The notes beneath the pieces are model-generated. The model was not told where the DNA came from, ran no database searches, and saw nothing but the letters and a program-made list of their open reading frames with translations. The translations under genes and the position numbers were made by a program. DNA of 60,331 bases, counting the filler, from Sphacelaria rigidula (lineage: Eukaryota), in assembly GCA_964200075.2 (NCBI GenBank). It is 9 parts of 9 records of this genome, joined end to end, with 100 filler letters (N's around TTAATTAATTAA, not from the genome) between each part and the next. Parts side by side here need not be neighbours in the genome. Positions count along the whole stretch, not along the records: positions 6,716 to 13,330 come from CAXNAA020019048.1; positions 13,431 to 20,045 come from CAXNAA020019049.1; positions 20,146 to 26,760 come from CAXNAA020019050.1; 6 more parts are not named here. One strand, given 5' to 3'. Below are positions 11,939-24,600 of this stretch, in pieces. Each line of letters begins with the position of its first letter. Position 1 is the stretch's first letter.

Positions 11939-12577
11939 ATGAGTGGAAACCGCAACGCCCGCAACACACGTATTGCCCGCATTAACAACAACACTGGTGA
12001 CTCCCGCACAGGCGCAAACCGTCATTCGCGCAGGAACGCATGCCGTAATAACACTCAATCCACCGGCGTTACTCCTCGCGCCAGAGCGCGCCTCGGAAAT
12101 ACACCCGGACAATAAGCTACCGGTGTTACTCCACGCGCTAGTGATCGCCTCGGGAACCAACCAGCTCAGCTACCATACATCGTACAAGGATCCACTATCG
12201 ACTGGGGTTGCCGAAGAAGATACTTACAACACGTCGGAGTACCAGGACAAAGCTGGACGACGAGGAGGACAATGGCAGCAGATCTAAGACGCTTTGGGTT
12301 TTTCGACGAAAGTGAATATCCTATCATATTCGACTTTTCACGTTCCCTCAAGCAGCTCTACTTTACAGCAGACATTTGTTTTTTCTTGGATTTAGGAGTA
12401 CTAAATTTTTTCATAAAAGGTTGGATTAGTGAGACACCGGACGATTTTGATGTCCTCCTTACGAAGAGGGTTCATGACCTTCTAACCTTTCGACTAGCCA
12501 AGGTAGGGGTGTCGTCATCAGTACCTACGAGACCCTCCAAATACGGAAGAGACTTGGATGTATCGATCGAAATTTGA
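11939..12577 (+). pseudogene. Additional ORF (~212 aa, one internal TAA) between copia pol and the 3' LTR
   Basis: ATG at 11939; the frame continues past TAA 12113-12115 into ORF 12272-12577; contains an 18-aa tandem duplication TGVTPRA..RLGN.P.Q. Confidence 0.55.
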
Positions 12578-13177
12578 ACTAACATACGAGTGCTGTTGGG
12601 TCAGGAGTTGATTCATGTGAGATTCACGTTTTTTCTTGTGTACAGGATGGTACCTCGTTCAATAAGATTGGTAGCATAAGTGCCGTACGTACTTTGGCAT
12701 GTGTACAGTACTTGCATAGGGTACGGAATTGATTCTCCCATGCAACGTATCAATTCAAAGAATGATCTTTGTGGAACGGAAGTTTCCATGTTTGTTGTGC
12801 GCAGTATATCTCGTGAGCTTCACCGTACCGTATTTGTTTCTTTATACTGGTGGATAAACTCTTCCACACTGACTCCTGTTCTCCCTATTTGTTTATGTCT
12901 CTACGAATAAGCCGAGACGTATCACAAGAGATCGTTCCTTAGGTTACTGCAGGCTCAAAAGGGCTGATGCCTGTGCAGTGAACAAACATGTGTATGTTTC
13001 GAGACGAAACTGAATGTGTAGCGAGTTTTATACTGGCGTCTGTTTACGATGTAAATATGCAGTTTTGCATGCAGACTGATGCCTATACATCAGTAAGATG
13101 TACCTTGCCATTTCTCCTGTTTGTGTACCTGATTTTCAGTTTGATTGAAAGTAGATTTTCCACGACGTTGAACTCAT

Positions 13178-13330
13178 GAGGGGATGTTGGAATTCTACGC
13201 AGCCTGTACCTCAGCTGCTTGTTGTATCTATGAGTTCAAACTCTGCAGCAAATAGCGGCGTAATTAGTTACGGTTGAACCCACTCACGCCAAACGGCGTA
13301 TTTACAGTTTATTGCCGTTACAGTAGATAG
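13178..13330 (+). repeat. Polypurine tract and start of 3' LTR
   Basis: GAGGGGA (13178-13184) directly followed by TGTTGG; runs into the assembly linker. Confidence 0.7.
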
Positions 13331-15042
13331 NNNNNNNNNNNNNNNNNNNNNNNNNNNNNNNNNNNNNNNNNNNNTTAATTAATTAANNNNNNNNNNNNNN
13401 NNNNNNNNNNNNNNNNNNNNNNNNNNNNNNGATCATGAGTCCCCCCCTCCCCCCCCCCCGCAAATACGTGATCACGCGGGTGGAGAGTCTCTAAACACAC
13501 GAACGCACCGATTTAATATATGAGCATCAAAGCTTTTTGTCTCAGACCCCTCGTTTCTCCCCACCCGGGGATGAAATCATTATATCCTCTCCCCAAACAC
13601 GATGACGGGTATTGTCTATCGTTGTGGCAAGTTACATGGGCATTTTCACATGTATGGCGATCTCCCATAACATACGGGAGGCATCGTTAAAGCGTATCCA
13701 CGCTATCCCACCACTTCACGACCTGTTCTTTTCCCCACTCCCATCCCCGAGGACACAATCAATGCATCTCCTTCCCGAACAATCTCAGCGGGAAGGGGGT
13801 GTTATCCGACGTTTTTGAGCCATTTTGCGGCCGAACAATTAATCTCAACACGTGAGAGGTAAATTTACCGATAGAAAGCTGTGTAGTGTCATCTTCCTTT
13901 TTTATTCACGGGACCACAGACACCCCGGGGAAGATATTGTTTCATCCCTCCCGAAGATCGATACCAATCCGAAACCTACAGTTTGATACACCTTTTCCAT
14001 ATCACAAGACTATGGACACCGGGGGACTGGTATTGCTCCATCCTCTCCATAGCGAGCGAGTTCCATGGTCTTGAGACTACGGTATGCACCCCCTTCTCCC
14101 CCCTCCTCCTCCTCCTCCTCCTCCTCCCAAGTACGCGCTGGGGTTATAATCTACCGTCAGGGCCTGTAGAATACAAATGCCGATACCCCTGAACACGCGA
14201 GTGATCACTAGAACGTATTCATCGTACTTGCTGATTTGAGTTCATCCTTGCCCCTTTCCCCGACGATGAGATGAGCGTATCTCTTCCGCAAACACCGTCA
14301 CCCGGGGGTTTCATTTGCCGTATTAGTCGTTTGCGATCGGGCTACATGATGGTTCCGAGCGCATGAGAGGTATCATGAAAACATCGGCACCCTCACTATG
14401 TGCCCCCTAGGATAGTCAGGAGCATCACCGTCCGTTTGCCACCGGACAAAACGGTAGATACCACCCCCGGGGACGATTGTTTTCCCATTGTTGGAAACGT
14501 CCATGGGCCCAACCTCCACATGAGACATCACCAATGCCTTGAGAATGTTTTTCTACGCAGTCGTGCGTGCCATGCACTCCATTTTCGACTCTCAAGGTTT
14601 TAAATGTACTGAAACTGCTGAAGAAAAGCTAGGCAACGTGAGCCGGCAAGTGGTCTGAATTGGAGTGACTTGGTCAGAACCCGTCGGTCCAAGTGCTGAA
14701 ACTTCATATGGCGTTTGCGAAGTCAAGCTTCACCCGATTCGGCCGCAACTGTTTTTTAAGCCGTCGCTACTTCGATAGCGTGGATGCGACTTCCAGGTTG
14801 CCTATTTCCACAACGTGTCTTGGAAACCCCGAATTGGTAATCTCGAGTGTAAAATGGTGTTTTCCACTGACGAAAGAGTTACTATCGCAAAAGGCACCTC
14901 GACTCTGGCGTCTCCACACAATTCCCAGTTGCTCGATGTAGTTTTTCTCGATTTTCGTCAGGATCGGTCACGCGAAACTTTGGTTATGTCCCAAAGTGGC
15001 ATACTATCACAAACAAAGTTGTCTTGCGGACCGGTTGGATTT

Positions 15043-15195
15043 GGGGGAGGAGGAGGGTGTACTCGATGATCTTGCATGCCGTAGTCATGTGACCGTTGAA
15101 TGGGGGAGGGGAGGGGGGGGGGGTGTACTCATTTGTTGCTTGCCTTGATCGTTTGACCATTGACCACGCATCCCTTTCGAGACGGAGCATCCAAG
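15043..15195 (-). repeat. Tandem pair of structured poly(C) repeats (partial subfamily A plus subfamily B)
   Basis: Subfamily B reads TGCTCCGTCTCGAAAGGGATGCGTGGTCAATGGTCAAACGATCAAGGCAAGCAACAAATGAGTACA+C-run on the minus strand. Confidence 0.8.
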
Positions 15196-15296
15196 CGAGG
15201 GAAAGAAGACGTCCACGTCCCCATCCGCAGTGTCCCGAAATTGCAGTTATCTGGTATCGAGATCTTTCGCTGAACGAGGTATTTTATTGACAGTTA

Positions 15297-17886
15297 CGGG
15301 TGCGCCTGACCGCCCAAAATGGGCGAAACAAAAGTGTCACGGACCAGAAACACGAAGAAACTGCAGATCTTGTTCATCCCCTGATGATGCACGCCGTAAT
15401 TCACTCAAAGTAATCGTGATTTGAGTTGGGTTTCTACTTGACACGTTTTCCTTTTTTTCTCGTCCCAGACTACGAACCACGGCGTGCCTCGGCTACTTAC
15501 ATTTGTCCAAACTACAATCTGGCAGAACTGTGTTACCGAAGAAGTTATGGTGATGGAGAAAGTTGCAAAAACCCTATGTTTGCCCCCACTTGATTCGTTT
15601 TAAAAAACTCGGATCTTGGTGAGATTGAAAGAAATCGTCCAGTCAAGTTTTTAGCTGTCGTTTCGGCGCAGATGATGCGAAAATTCGTATCCCAATCGAT
15701 GGCCTTGGCGATGAGTATTTGGGATACGGTTTGGGCTATGAGCGCAAACAAGCGCCTCCAATCCTCGTCGGTATCCACGATACGTGAAAACTTCACTCCT
15801 GTCCAACGGCCTCAGAATAGATTACACCCGTGAATAGTTCTTGAAAGTGCAGATGGTTGATCAATCGGATGTGTGAAATGTTCGACAGGTGTAAAATTTG
15901 AACCTTCGACCGACCCCCCATGGGCTGTGCCTGCGAGACATATATTCCCGTTTGTGCATCGCTCGTTGTCGGTAGCAAGAGTAGGGCTCGTTCTCCTGCA
16001 CCCAGTGCCTTCATCACGCCACCATCGATAGCGTAGCTTAGTATCTAATCTCACCTGGCGGCAAGTATGGGCAAACTGAAGGAGAGAAAAAAGCCACAGA
16101 GCAAGCTGGCGAGACGGCAAATCCGGAAGAGAAAAAACGAGCAGTATCTTGAACGCAATGGCAATACCTTCCAACAGCCGTCTAAATGAGTCGCACGAAA
16201 GGAAGCAAGCATCCTCGCGACCTTGTAGCCGCGAAGCGAAAAAACTACAAGCCCAACCTTAACCCGAACCCTAACCCCAACGAAGGCTCACCGAGAACCC
16301 TCGCGCTAGGGGTTTGCAAAGTGTTCCCTAGACGAAGTGTGCGTTGCCAGACCTCAAAAACGCGTCCTGCGCACGCTAGGGAGCACCGTAGGAGCACAGC
16401 CACCACTCAAGATCAGGATTTCGGTGTCCACACTAAAACCAAGTTGGACTCATTTACCCCCCTTACGGGGTGAACTATACTGCATCACGACGGCACAAAA
16501 TACAGCATCAAGTCGTGGACCCACTTTTGCTGAAGCCACATGGCACCGAAGCCCCATTCATGTCTTTCCGTGAACCCACCCGTTCTACGACACGCGTCTA
16601 TTGTAGTCGGCACTGGTGTGTTACTCACGTGACGATGACGGTTTGTTTCCATTCCCTCTCAGAACAGAAAATCTTCGGAGTCCGATTTAAGTATGATGTT
16701 TATGAAATAAAAAGCCGTGTCCACGGAATAACAAATACACTTTGACAAGGCGAGTCATTCATCGGCCAAAAATTTCGGAACAATGGCATCCGATGAATCA
16801 AGCTCCTCGAAACATGACGAGGTGGTCGACCAACATCCGCCCAGTCCACACCACACACCCGGCGACTGTTTGTACTCCGCTAGTCTGTGCAAGGAACATC
16901 CTCGTTGGTTCATCAGTACACATGGCTCTGTCGCATGTTGAGCACATCATGTTGGCCCAATTTCGATCCGCACCCCCCCCAAACAAATTGTTCGAATGCC
17001 GTCATTTCCAATTTTTACGCAAACAGCATAGACACCACAAACGATTGCATCGTCATACCCTTATAACCGGAAGAGCACGCCTTGGACCCTCATCCCTCGA
17101 CATCGTTTTGGGATGATGTCCCGTCTGATGAATCCGACTCGCTACAGTCTAAGCTCGTCCAAGCAAGGCAGAAATATACTAGTCGTCCCACTCATGCCAG
17201 GATTCCATGCCGCGCAGCCACATGAAAAAACCGCTCGTCAACTCGCTTGTGATGGAAATGTGCAGTATGTGTAAGACCACCCACACATACTACAAACATA
17301 TACTTCGTGGGTATCTGAGGGTTCGTCTGGAGCACTTGGTGCTGCTGATACTTCAGCGTTCTGGTTTCGCGGACCCCTTGGGAGCGACTGCGCAAAGGTA
17401 GCGGCGCTCCTAGCGGCGCTGTCGGACATGCTCTTAGTGTGACCAAAGCGATACACGTCATTCGCCAACACCTGAGTAGAGAATTTGGCGTGCTATGTGC
17501 GGAATTGCGATTACTGGGACGACGAGACGTAGGCTACGACGCAAGACGAGGGGCTCACGGCGTCTAGGTGTCTGCTGCCTTGAGTTTGCTTTTTGTTTTC
17601 ACGGCCCATTCAATTTTGTATTACACCATGATTTCCGTCGTCGTTCCCCATATATTGCGTACCACTGCATCGCTTTCCGTCTGCGCTTGCGATACGCTGG
17701 GGTTCTGATGTGAGAATGCAGTCCGCTTTTTCTCGATGTGAATTTTGGATTTATGTCGTTCTCTTCGATGACGTAAGGTGCATTCCCCCCTCCCCTCGAG
17801 CCCGGATAAGCCGCAAAAGTCGATCTGTTCGTGATTTTGGTCGGTGACACTTTTTTTGCCCATTTTGGGAGGTCAGGCGGCACCCA
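15297..17886 (-). mobile_element. TIR DNA transposon (~2.6 kb) carrying a decayed Cys-rich CxC4/KDZ-like transposase fragment
   Basis: ~60-bp imperfect TIRs (GGGTGCGCCTGACCGCCCAAAATGGGCGAAACAAAAGTGTCAC, inverted at 17821-17886), GTTA/TAAC flanks; minus-strand fragments FSCGC, CSTC, VCGVDW, CTNGNIC...EGSNF...FTH, IDWDTNF..IC. Confidence 0.6.
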
Positions 17887-18111
17887 TAACAGTGCAGGGC
17901 CTTGTCAATGTGGAGAAACGTTGAGTTATTATCCCTTTTCGCGCTGGGTGATGAATATATGCGCAGTGTATTTGAGCACGACGTGACCCCTAGCTGCTGA
18001 GCCCCGATGATCAAATTTGTATGCCAACGGTTAGGGTGGGCGAATATGGCAAGTTCGAACTCAGATATGTACGAGCTAGGCCAGCCGAGGAGCGAATTTG
18101 TAGTTTTTGCA

Positions 18112-18390
18112 GGCCCATTGTATGGCCAATATTTAGAGTTGGAGTTGGACCCTGAAATTTGGTATGGACAATGAATAGGGCATAATAAAAACAAATACCA
18201 GTGCACACAAGTTTTCTTTTTGTCGTGAGTCAGGGGCATTTTACTGATACCTGAAAACTGATTATTGCCCCTCAACTCATGGAAGAGAAAAAAAACCTTG
18301 TGTGCACCGGTACTTGTTTGTATTATGCCCTATTCATCGTCCACACCAAGTTTCAGGGTCCAACTCTTGATATTGGCCGTACTATGGGCC
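18112..18390. mobile_element. Foldback MITE with ~100-bp arms
   Basis: GGCCCATTGTATGGCCAATAT...GAGTTGGACCCTGAAATTTGGTATGGAC inverted at GTCCACACCAAGTTTCAGGGTCCAACTC...ATATTGGCCGTACTATGGGCC. Confidence 0.8.
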
Positions 18391-19544
18391 GTTTAGTGAT
18401 GGGGTCAGAAATTTTTTGGAACAGTATTTTGCAGACCACATACCGGCCCACCTTTGGTGTTTGTGTGTTAAAACTTTATGTGGGCCGTAGCTAGGGCACT
18501 ACTGACGAAAAAAAGTGGATCAGGTTCATTTTTTTCAATTTCTTTCACTGGTTTAGGGCGCTGTAGTATGGAAACAACCATTTTTTACGAGAACGCTCGA
18601 ACCTTCCCCTCCCCCCCCCCAAAAAAGTATATATATATATGAGGGCCCATCTTTTTCTTCATTCAGCATACCTCTGTGGTTACTTATCCTGAGTTTCAAA
18701 TCACAATTCTAAAAATTTAACTGAACAGTTGAAGAAAGAGCCCAAGAGCAGTGTTCATTTCTCGTCAAAGCTGCCCCAAAAGCCCGAAAAACAGTGAAAA
18801 AAATCGGAAAAAAATAAAAGAAGCTGTGTTTCTAGCTCTATCATGCACTAGCGGTTCTTCATACGAAATTTCATAGCACAACTCTAAAAAACTGAGACGC
18901 GATATCCAGATTCAGTTCATCTCGTGGCTCCGCTCGTAGTATACTAATTTTGGTATGAAAACGTATGTGCACCATATCTCGAGATAGATTACGAGTCAGG
19001 TGAAGGTGAGGGTATCTAGCGTCTCCCCGTACTCCAGGAAATGTTCACGCCCAAATTCGTCGTTATCCGCAGAATGCATCGATCGGGGGTTTCATAGAGA
19101 TTTTAGTGTAGACGCTATCTCCGTTAGGTATAGGAATTACTAGACATGGGGTTTAATCAACGAGAAAACATGGACTCATTTTTTTAAAAGTAAATGAGCA
19201 CCTTCCCCTTGATCGAAAGATCAAAACAGTATGCGGATCATGGCCCAACTCGTCCGTGTCGACGAGATATTGCTTTGAGAGCTTGAATCCGTGTCTAGGC
19301 TGATCCAGCTCGTACTTCTTACTGTCCTTTTGTACGGAAAATGATTATGTTGCCGGCATGGTGGAGACGTGGTGATGTGAGGCAAAATAAAGAGCTCGAG
19401 TAAAGTCAACGTACGGGCTGCGACAGTGCTAATCCGGATGCTCGAGAATAAGTAGGTCATCAAGCAGGAGGCGTATTATACCGCGGGAGTGATCGGTTCA
19501 TCTACCTTGCGGCTATGGAATCGTCCCCAGGAAGGGCGAAAAGT

Positions 19545-19680
19545 GGGGGGTGGGGGGTGTACTCATGATCTTGCGTGCCATAGGCATATGACCGTTGACC
19601 TCGCATCCCTACAAAGCCGGGAAGGAGCACGCTGGGTTCTCGCCGGACCGGGGTAGGGGGTGGGGGGTGGGTAGGGGGGA
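19545..19680 (-). repeat. Structured poly(C)-bounded repeat, full-length subfamily A
   Basis: Near match to 642-767, with G-runs on both sides on the + strand. Confidence 0.85.
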
Positions 19681-19824
19681 GATATGACGAAGATGGGAAT
19701 GAAGTGTGGTATACAAGCTCGTGTGTCATCTCCGTACTTGAATAGTGATCAGCTGCAGCTGAATGATTATGTTCTTTTGTTCGTTTGCCCTACTACTCCG
19801 ACGGCCCCGTTCCGCCTCGTACAG

Positions 19825-19934
19825 GTGCCGTTCTGCGCGTTCCAGAGAATGGACTACCCTAAGGGTGCGGGTAGGCCGGGCCACGCGGAGGACGAACGGG
19901 AGACATTGCTCGTGGCCTGCTCCTGGGGTGGCAT
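19825..19934 (+). CDS. Isolated internal exon, possibly ITFG2-like (FG-GAP repeat) protein
   Basis: CAG| ... |GTAAG boundaries, GC-rich; peptide VPFCAFQRMDY...ETLLVACSWGG resembles from memory the LFALEKLD...VVACAWDG segment of ITFG2. Confidence 0.35.
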
Positions 19935-20255
19935 GTAAGTTATTCTGGAGAAGGGGGAGGGGGGGGGGGGGGGGGGCAATTCTTTTTTTATTTCTTGGGG
20001 CTTTGGGCATGGGGCCCGCCCGCTCTTTTCGGGCGGCGCCCGCTCNNNNNNNNNNNNNNNNNNNNNNNNNNNNNNNNNNNNNNNNNNNNTTAATTAATTA
20101 ANNNNNNNNNNNNNNNNNNNNNNNNNNNNNNNNNNNNNNNNNNNNGGGGGAAAAATATTAGCAGGATGCAGCTCACCCCTCCTGCGACTTGCCGAACACA
20201 CCACGGCGCTTCGCGCTTGGTGATTGAGTGCGCGCCTGGTCTGATGAGTATGGCT

Positions 20256-20325
20256 CATCCCGGCTTTGTAGGGATGCGAGGTCAATGGTCTTATGACTAT
20301 GGCATGCATGATCTTGAGCATACCC
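20256..20325 (+). repeat. Structured repeat, subfamily A, in an SPT6 intron
   Basis: CATCCCGGCTTTGTAGGGATGCGAGGTCAATGGTCTTATGACTATGGCATGCATGATCTTGAGCAT. Confidence 0.8.
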
Positions 20326-20343
20326 TCATCCACCCCGGGATAC

Positions 20344-21631
20344 CTTGTTGCTCGCGAGGAGATCATCCACCAAGTCGTTACACGCCGCCACCCTTCTGGA
20401 GATAATTTCATCCAAATCCTCGTATTCCTCTCCTTTGATTTTAAGGCGAGGGGCGAGCATGGCCCCCTGCGGCTTATCCAGCTCCTGTTCTCCAAATGCA
20501 CCGAACACGCACACACACATGGAGGGACAGGGAGGAGTGCAGAATATCGTGAATACTCGAAAAGCCCCAATCAAACTCGAGAAAAAAAAAAAGCCAAGAA
20601 GCATGTATATATGAGGACTTTCTTCAATCTGAACTAGTACACAGTACGACACTCGACTACAGACGGAACAGAGAAGAAATAGTTATAAATCACAGTCATA
20701 CACAGTCAGGACAAATCATCACGACTCAAAATCACCGAATTCACGATTTCTTCGGCCTGATTACCCAAGAGGTAGAGAAAAGTTGATTGCTGGTGCAAGG
20801 GGTATCCGCGCAACTTTTGCGCCATTCCACGTGTCTGGACTGCGTGTGCCTGGGTTGCAACGCTGAAAACAAAGCCTAGGGATTTTTTCATCACGAGTCG
20901 ACTCATTACGCTAAAACCGAGTAATTTCCAGACGAATCATTATTTGTCCAACTCTTGCAATCATGCAAGTAATGAAAATTGAAGATATAAAAATATGATA
21001 GTATCAATACCTACGTGAACATGACTGGCACGGTAAGGTCAAGCGTGAAACCCGTTTTGCCGTCTGTTTTTTAGCAAGCCGTGCCTGTTTTTTTTGTAGA
21101 CAGAACTCAACCGAGCAACGACGTACCGGTACACCATCAACGATAAAGGTAACGGTACCCGAATTAAAATACACGCATGGATCCCATCGCTACGCTTGTC
21201 GAGAGCGACCACAAAAATGAGACAACAATCTACACACGTGCCACGACAAAAACACAGAAGGGGGGGAAGTACAAGTATATCATACCTGAATATCTGTGTG
21301 CATGAACTCCCCCTCCATCCACATCCACGTGAGGGACAAATGGTCAGACCCCTTGCTGGAAGGACGGATTAACGCCTCCCCTCGCCCATCACTAGTCTGA
21401 AAAGTATCAACACAACGGCAGACGGAGGAGGAATGTTGAGGGGGAAATGGAAAGGAAACAACGAGACAGAGAGAAAACAAAATAGGGGAGGGGGGGGCGT
21501 ACTCATTTGTTGCTTGCCTTAGTCGTTTGACTATTGACCACGCATCCCTTTCGAGACGGNNNNNNNNNNGGGGGGCGTGGAAGAGTTGAGTGGGGGGGCG
21601 GACCGGGTCGCGGAGGAGACAGGTGGGCAAA

Positions 21632-21666
<35 letters not shown>

Positions 21667-24600
21667 AAAGGAAACATTTCTCGTGGGAGGGAGTGCATCA
21701 CAAATTTACTAAACTTCATACATTGCACTCTTCCAACAAAACAAAACAATTTCTGTGTGTTGTTGATATTAGCTTTATTAGTAGGAGATGACATGTTCAT
21801 TTACACGGAGGGGGAGGGAGTTGAGTCACTCCTAGCACGAGGGAGCAGGGAACATCTCTCAAGTCTAACTCGATCGCATCTGATATGGAAAATAACATAC
21901 TATTTCAAACCGTTTGACAGCGTTTCCATCCACATGCGCGTCCGCAGCAAGGGTGGAGAAGGGGTCACTCGCTCACCTCCGTGAGATACTTTTCGGCCTC
22001 GACATGAGTGAAGTTCTTGTACTGTGGATGCATGATGGTTCTCGGGAACCGAACACTGTATGTTTGAGCGCTCGAGGATGCAGCCCCTCTCATCCGCTCG
22101 TTCGCCTGCGCGTCATCATCCAATTGTTTGTCCACAACCAAGAATTAAAAGAAACATCAAAAACCAAAACACAACATTGAACGACTCATATCATTGATGA
22201 AAATAATCGACATCTTGTCCTGTGTTGTCACGATCAAACAATAAAAAATACAGTCATCCGCGGATGTATGTTTTACCGCCAAACGTGAAGTGCACATATT
22301 CAAACGATAGAGTTTCGTGGCAGACACCAGGGTCAAGACAAACCAACAGAAACTTTGCTGAGCAAACATGTTCAAAACCACAGACAAGGAACCTGCAGTA
22401 CGATGAAACAGGAAGCAGCAGGATGAGATACAAAAAAGCCGCACACTGATTGACAACTGCCGGGAACTAGAACTAAACCTAGAACCAAAACAAAACCACA
22501 GTTCTAACTGGAACTGACACCAGAACTGAAACTAACAGGCGTGATGACCCAAGTGTTCACCTTTCTCTGAGCATTCTTAATGCGGTCGCGAGCATCCTGC
22601 TTGGCCTTAGCCACATCGAATTTGTTGTCTAATCGTGGCAGCGTGTGTGGCCGCACCCAACCCGTGGCTCCGAACACCCTCGCCGCGCCTTGAGGCTCGT
22701 CCCACTGAGGGGATGGCGAAAAAAATCCAACACAACAAGACGAGCAGGACCTGTTGTAAACTTGGCCGAAACATGACACATATGCTCATTATTACCTCGG
22801 GTACAGCCATCTCGTCATCGTGGTTAGATTCCTCGAGAATCAGTCAGGACATGCGCGACAATCAATCAATCAACCAACCAGCATGAAGGAGAAAACTCAT
22901 GTATTACAGGACTCAATGTGCAGAAAGGAGCTAGCTCGTTCGTACATATCTCAAAGACCCTTGACAACGGAGTACATCGCCAAGGAGTGTACAGCCTACA
23001 GAATGAAATTTACCGTCTATTGCATTAGACGCAATTGTCGATCCTGCACGGAGTACACTTTTTTTTTTTGACGATATAATATTTTGTCCAGGGTGGGACA
23101 TATCTGCAGGAGGAAACCCACCGCCGTCGCCAATCACAGTTAGGGATGATGAGCCTCCGACTTGTTTGTAAGTAGGCGTGTCAAGGTGTGAACGGACAAG
23201 AAGGTTTTGGGAGCCTTTGTCATTTCTTTCTAGAAAAGCTGGATAATACGTAAATTCATGACCAGCTTGACGTGTTTGCCACAACCTAGAGTTTTTCGAA
23301 TAATAAAATAGGGTGAATGTGCCAAGGTGATATTTCAGTGGAGATGCTGCCGTTGAAGGGTCAAACAATCGAACCATTACAAGGCACAACAACAATAGCA
23401 GCAACAGCAATAGGCACGGGACCCAAAATATGATGATCGAGAACAAACACTGCCGTGCCGCAACCTATTTACATAAATATATATTCCACGTCTGCGGTGT
23501 ACGTGACCCGTACCGTGCGGATCAACCCTCGGGCTTGTTTTCATCAATACACTCCAACTACACACGCGCACCCCAGGCGGCACGCAGAATAGCACGAAAT
23601 CTGGGTGGAGACATTTTTCGGGCCGCGGTCAATTTTCTTCATCTATTTCGAGCAATCAGGCCTCAGAAATGGTAGATTGGACACAAGCGATTTTGACCGC
23701 ACCATGGAAGAGACCCTACACTATACTCGCCTTACGAAAATCACTTGATATAAAGGGGATATTTTTCACCCTTCGGGGCGGGGGGAGACCGAACCCCACT
23801 AACCAGAGGGTCAGGACCTGGTCTACATATTGGGCTCATCTGTAAATCGGCGTAGTTTACAATCTTTTTCAAGCGAAAATGATGCCAGTTCACAAATGAC
23901 CCTCACCTCTGATGAGTCTATTCCGGTCCCAACCGGATGAACGGACCTTTTTTTTTGTTCTCAAAATCTCCGATTTCTTCTCCGGAAAGTGTGAAAGCAT
24001 ATATCTCGACCATTTGACCGTGGGCATGGGTCATCTGTTGAATCAGCATCAACTTCACTTGAAAAGTTACTGCTTGTCCAGATGACCTACCCTCGCGGCC
24101 AAAGGGTTAACCAAGTCAGAATATTAGACCGATTCAAGACTGACTATTGATTTCTCCGAAACTCCAGCGCCGGATTTCTTTCCAGCACTATTGCTGTGGA
24201 ACGAATCGGAAAAATCTTCTTCACTTATTCATCTTGAATCTGGAAAATAAATGCCCTGTACATGAGACTCCTTAATAGGTACAGCCGATCAGACTTGTGA
24301 CAAGTGATCGTGACTGCAATATGGCTGGGGCCCCAGAATGTGACGGCATAGAGCCAGTACTCTAATCGATATGAAATACAGCGCGGTCCGGACTTGCGAC
24401 ACGCGACTTTGACCGTACTGTAGTGGTACCCGCACTATATATTCAGAGGTCGATGTCGATCTAGGGTCGATCGATGTCACCCAGCACCCAAAGAGTGACT
24501 TCATCATGCTCATCATCAGATACTGATTGTCCTGGGCTGCATTGCGCTGCATTGTTCTCCCGCACAGCAAGAGCTCTCACCTTGTCGGGGTTGGGCAGAG

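Larger units (their letters stand above)
7043..13330 (+). mobile_element. Ty1/copia LTR retrotransposon (decayed; 5' LTR absent, 3' LTR cut by gap)
   Basis: Domain order gag-PR-IN-RT-RNaseH, then PPT and TG-starting LTR at 13185. Confidence 0.95.

Noticed and set aside
12440..12560. Hammerhead-like CTGATGA-CGAC...GTC-GAAA on the minus strand
   Set aside because: Extra base in the core, and stems I and III with the NUH site cannot form
23910..23950. CTGATGAGTC...GAC hammerhead candidate
   Set aside because: No GAAA after stem II; lies inside a MITE
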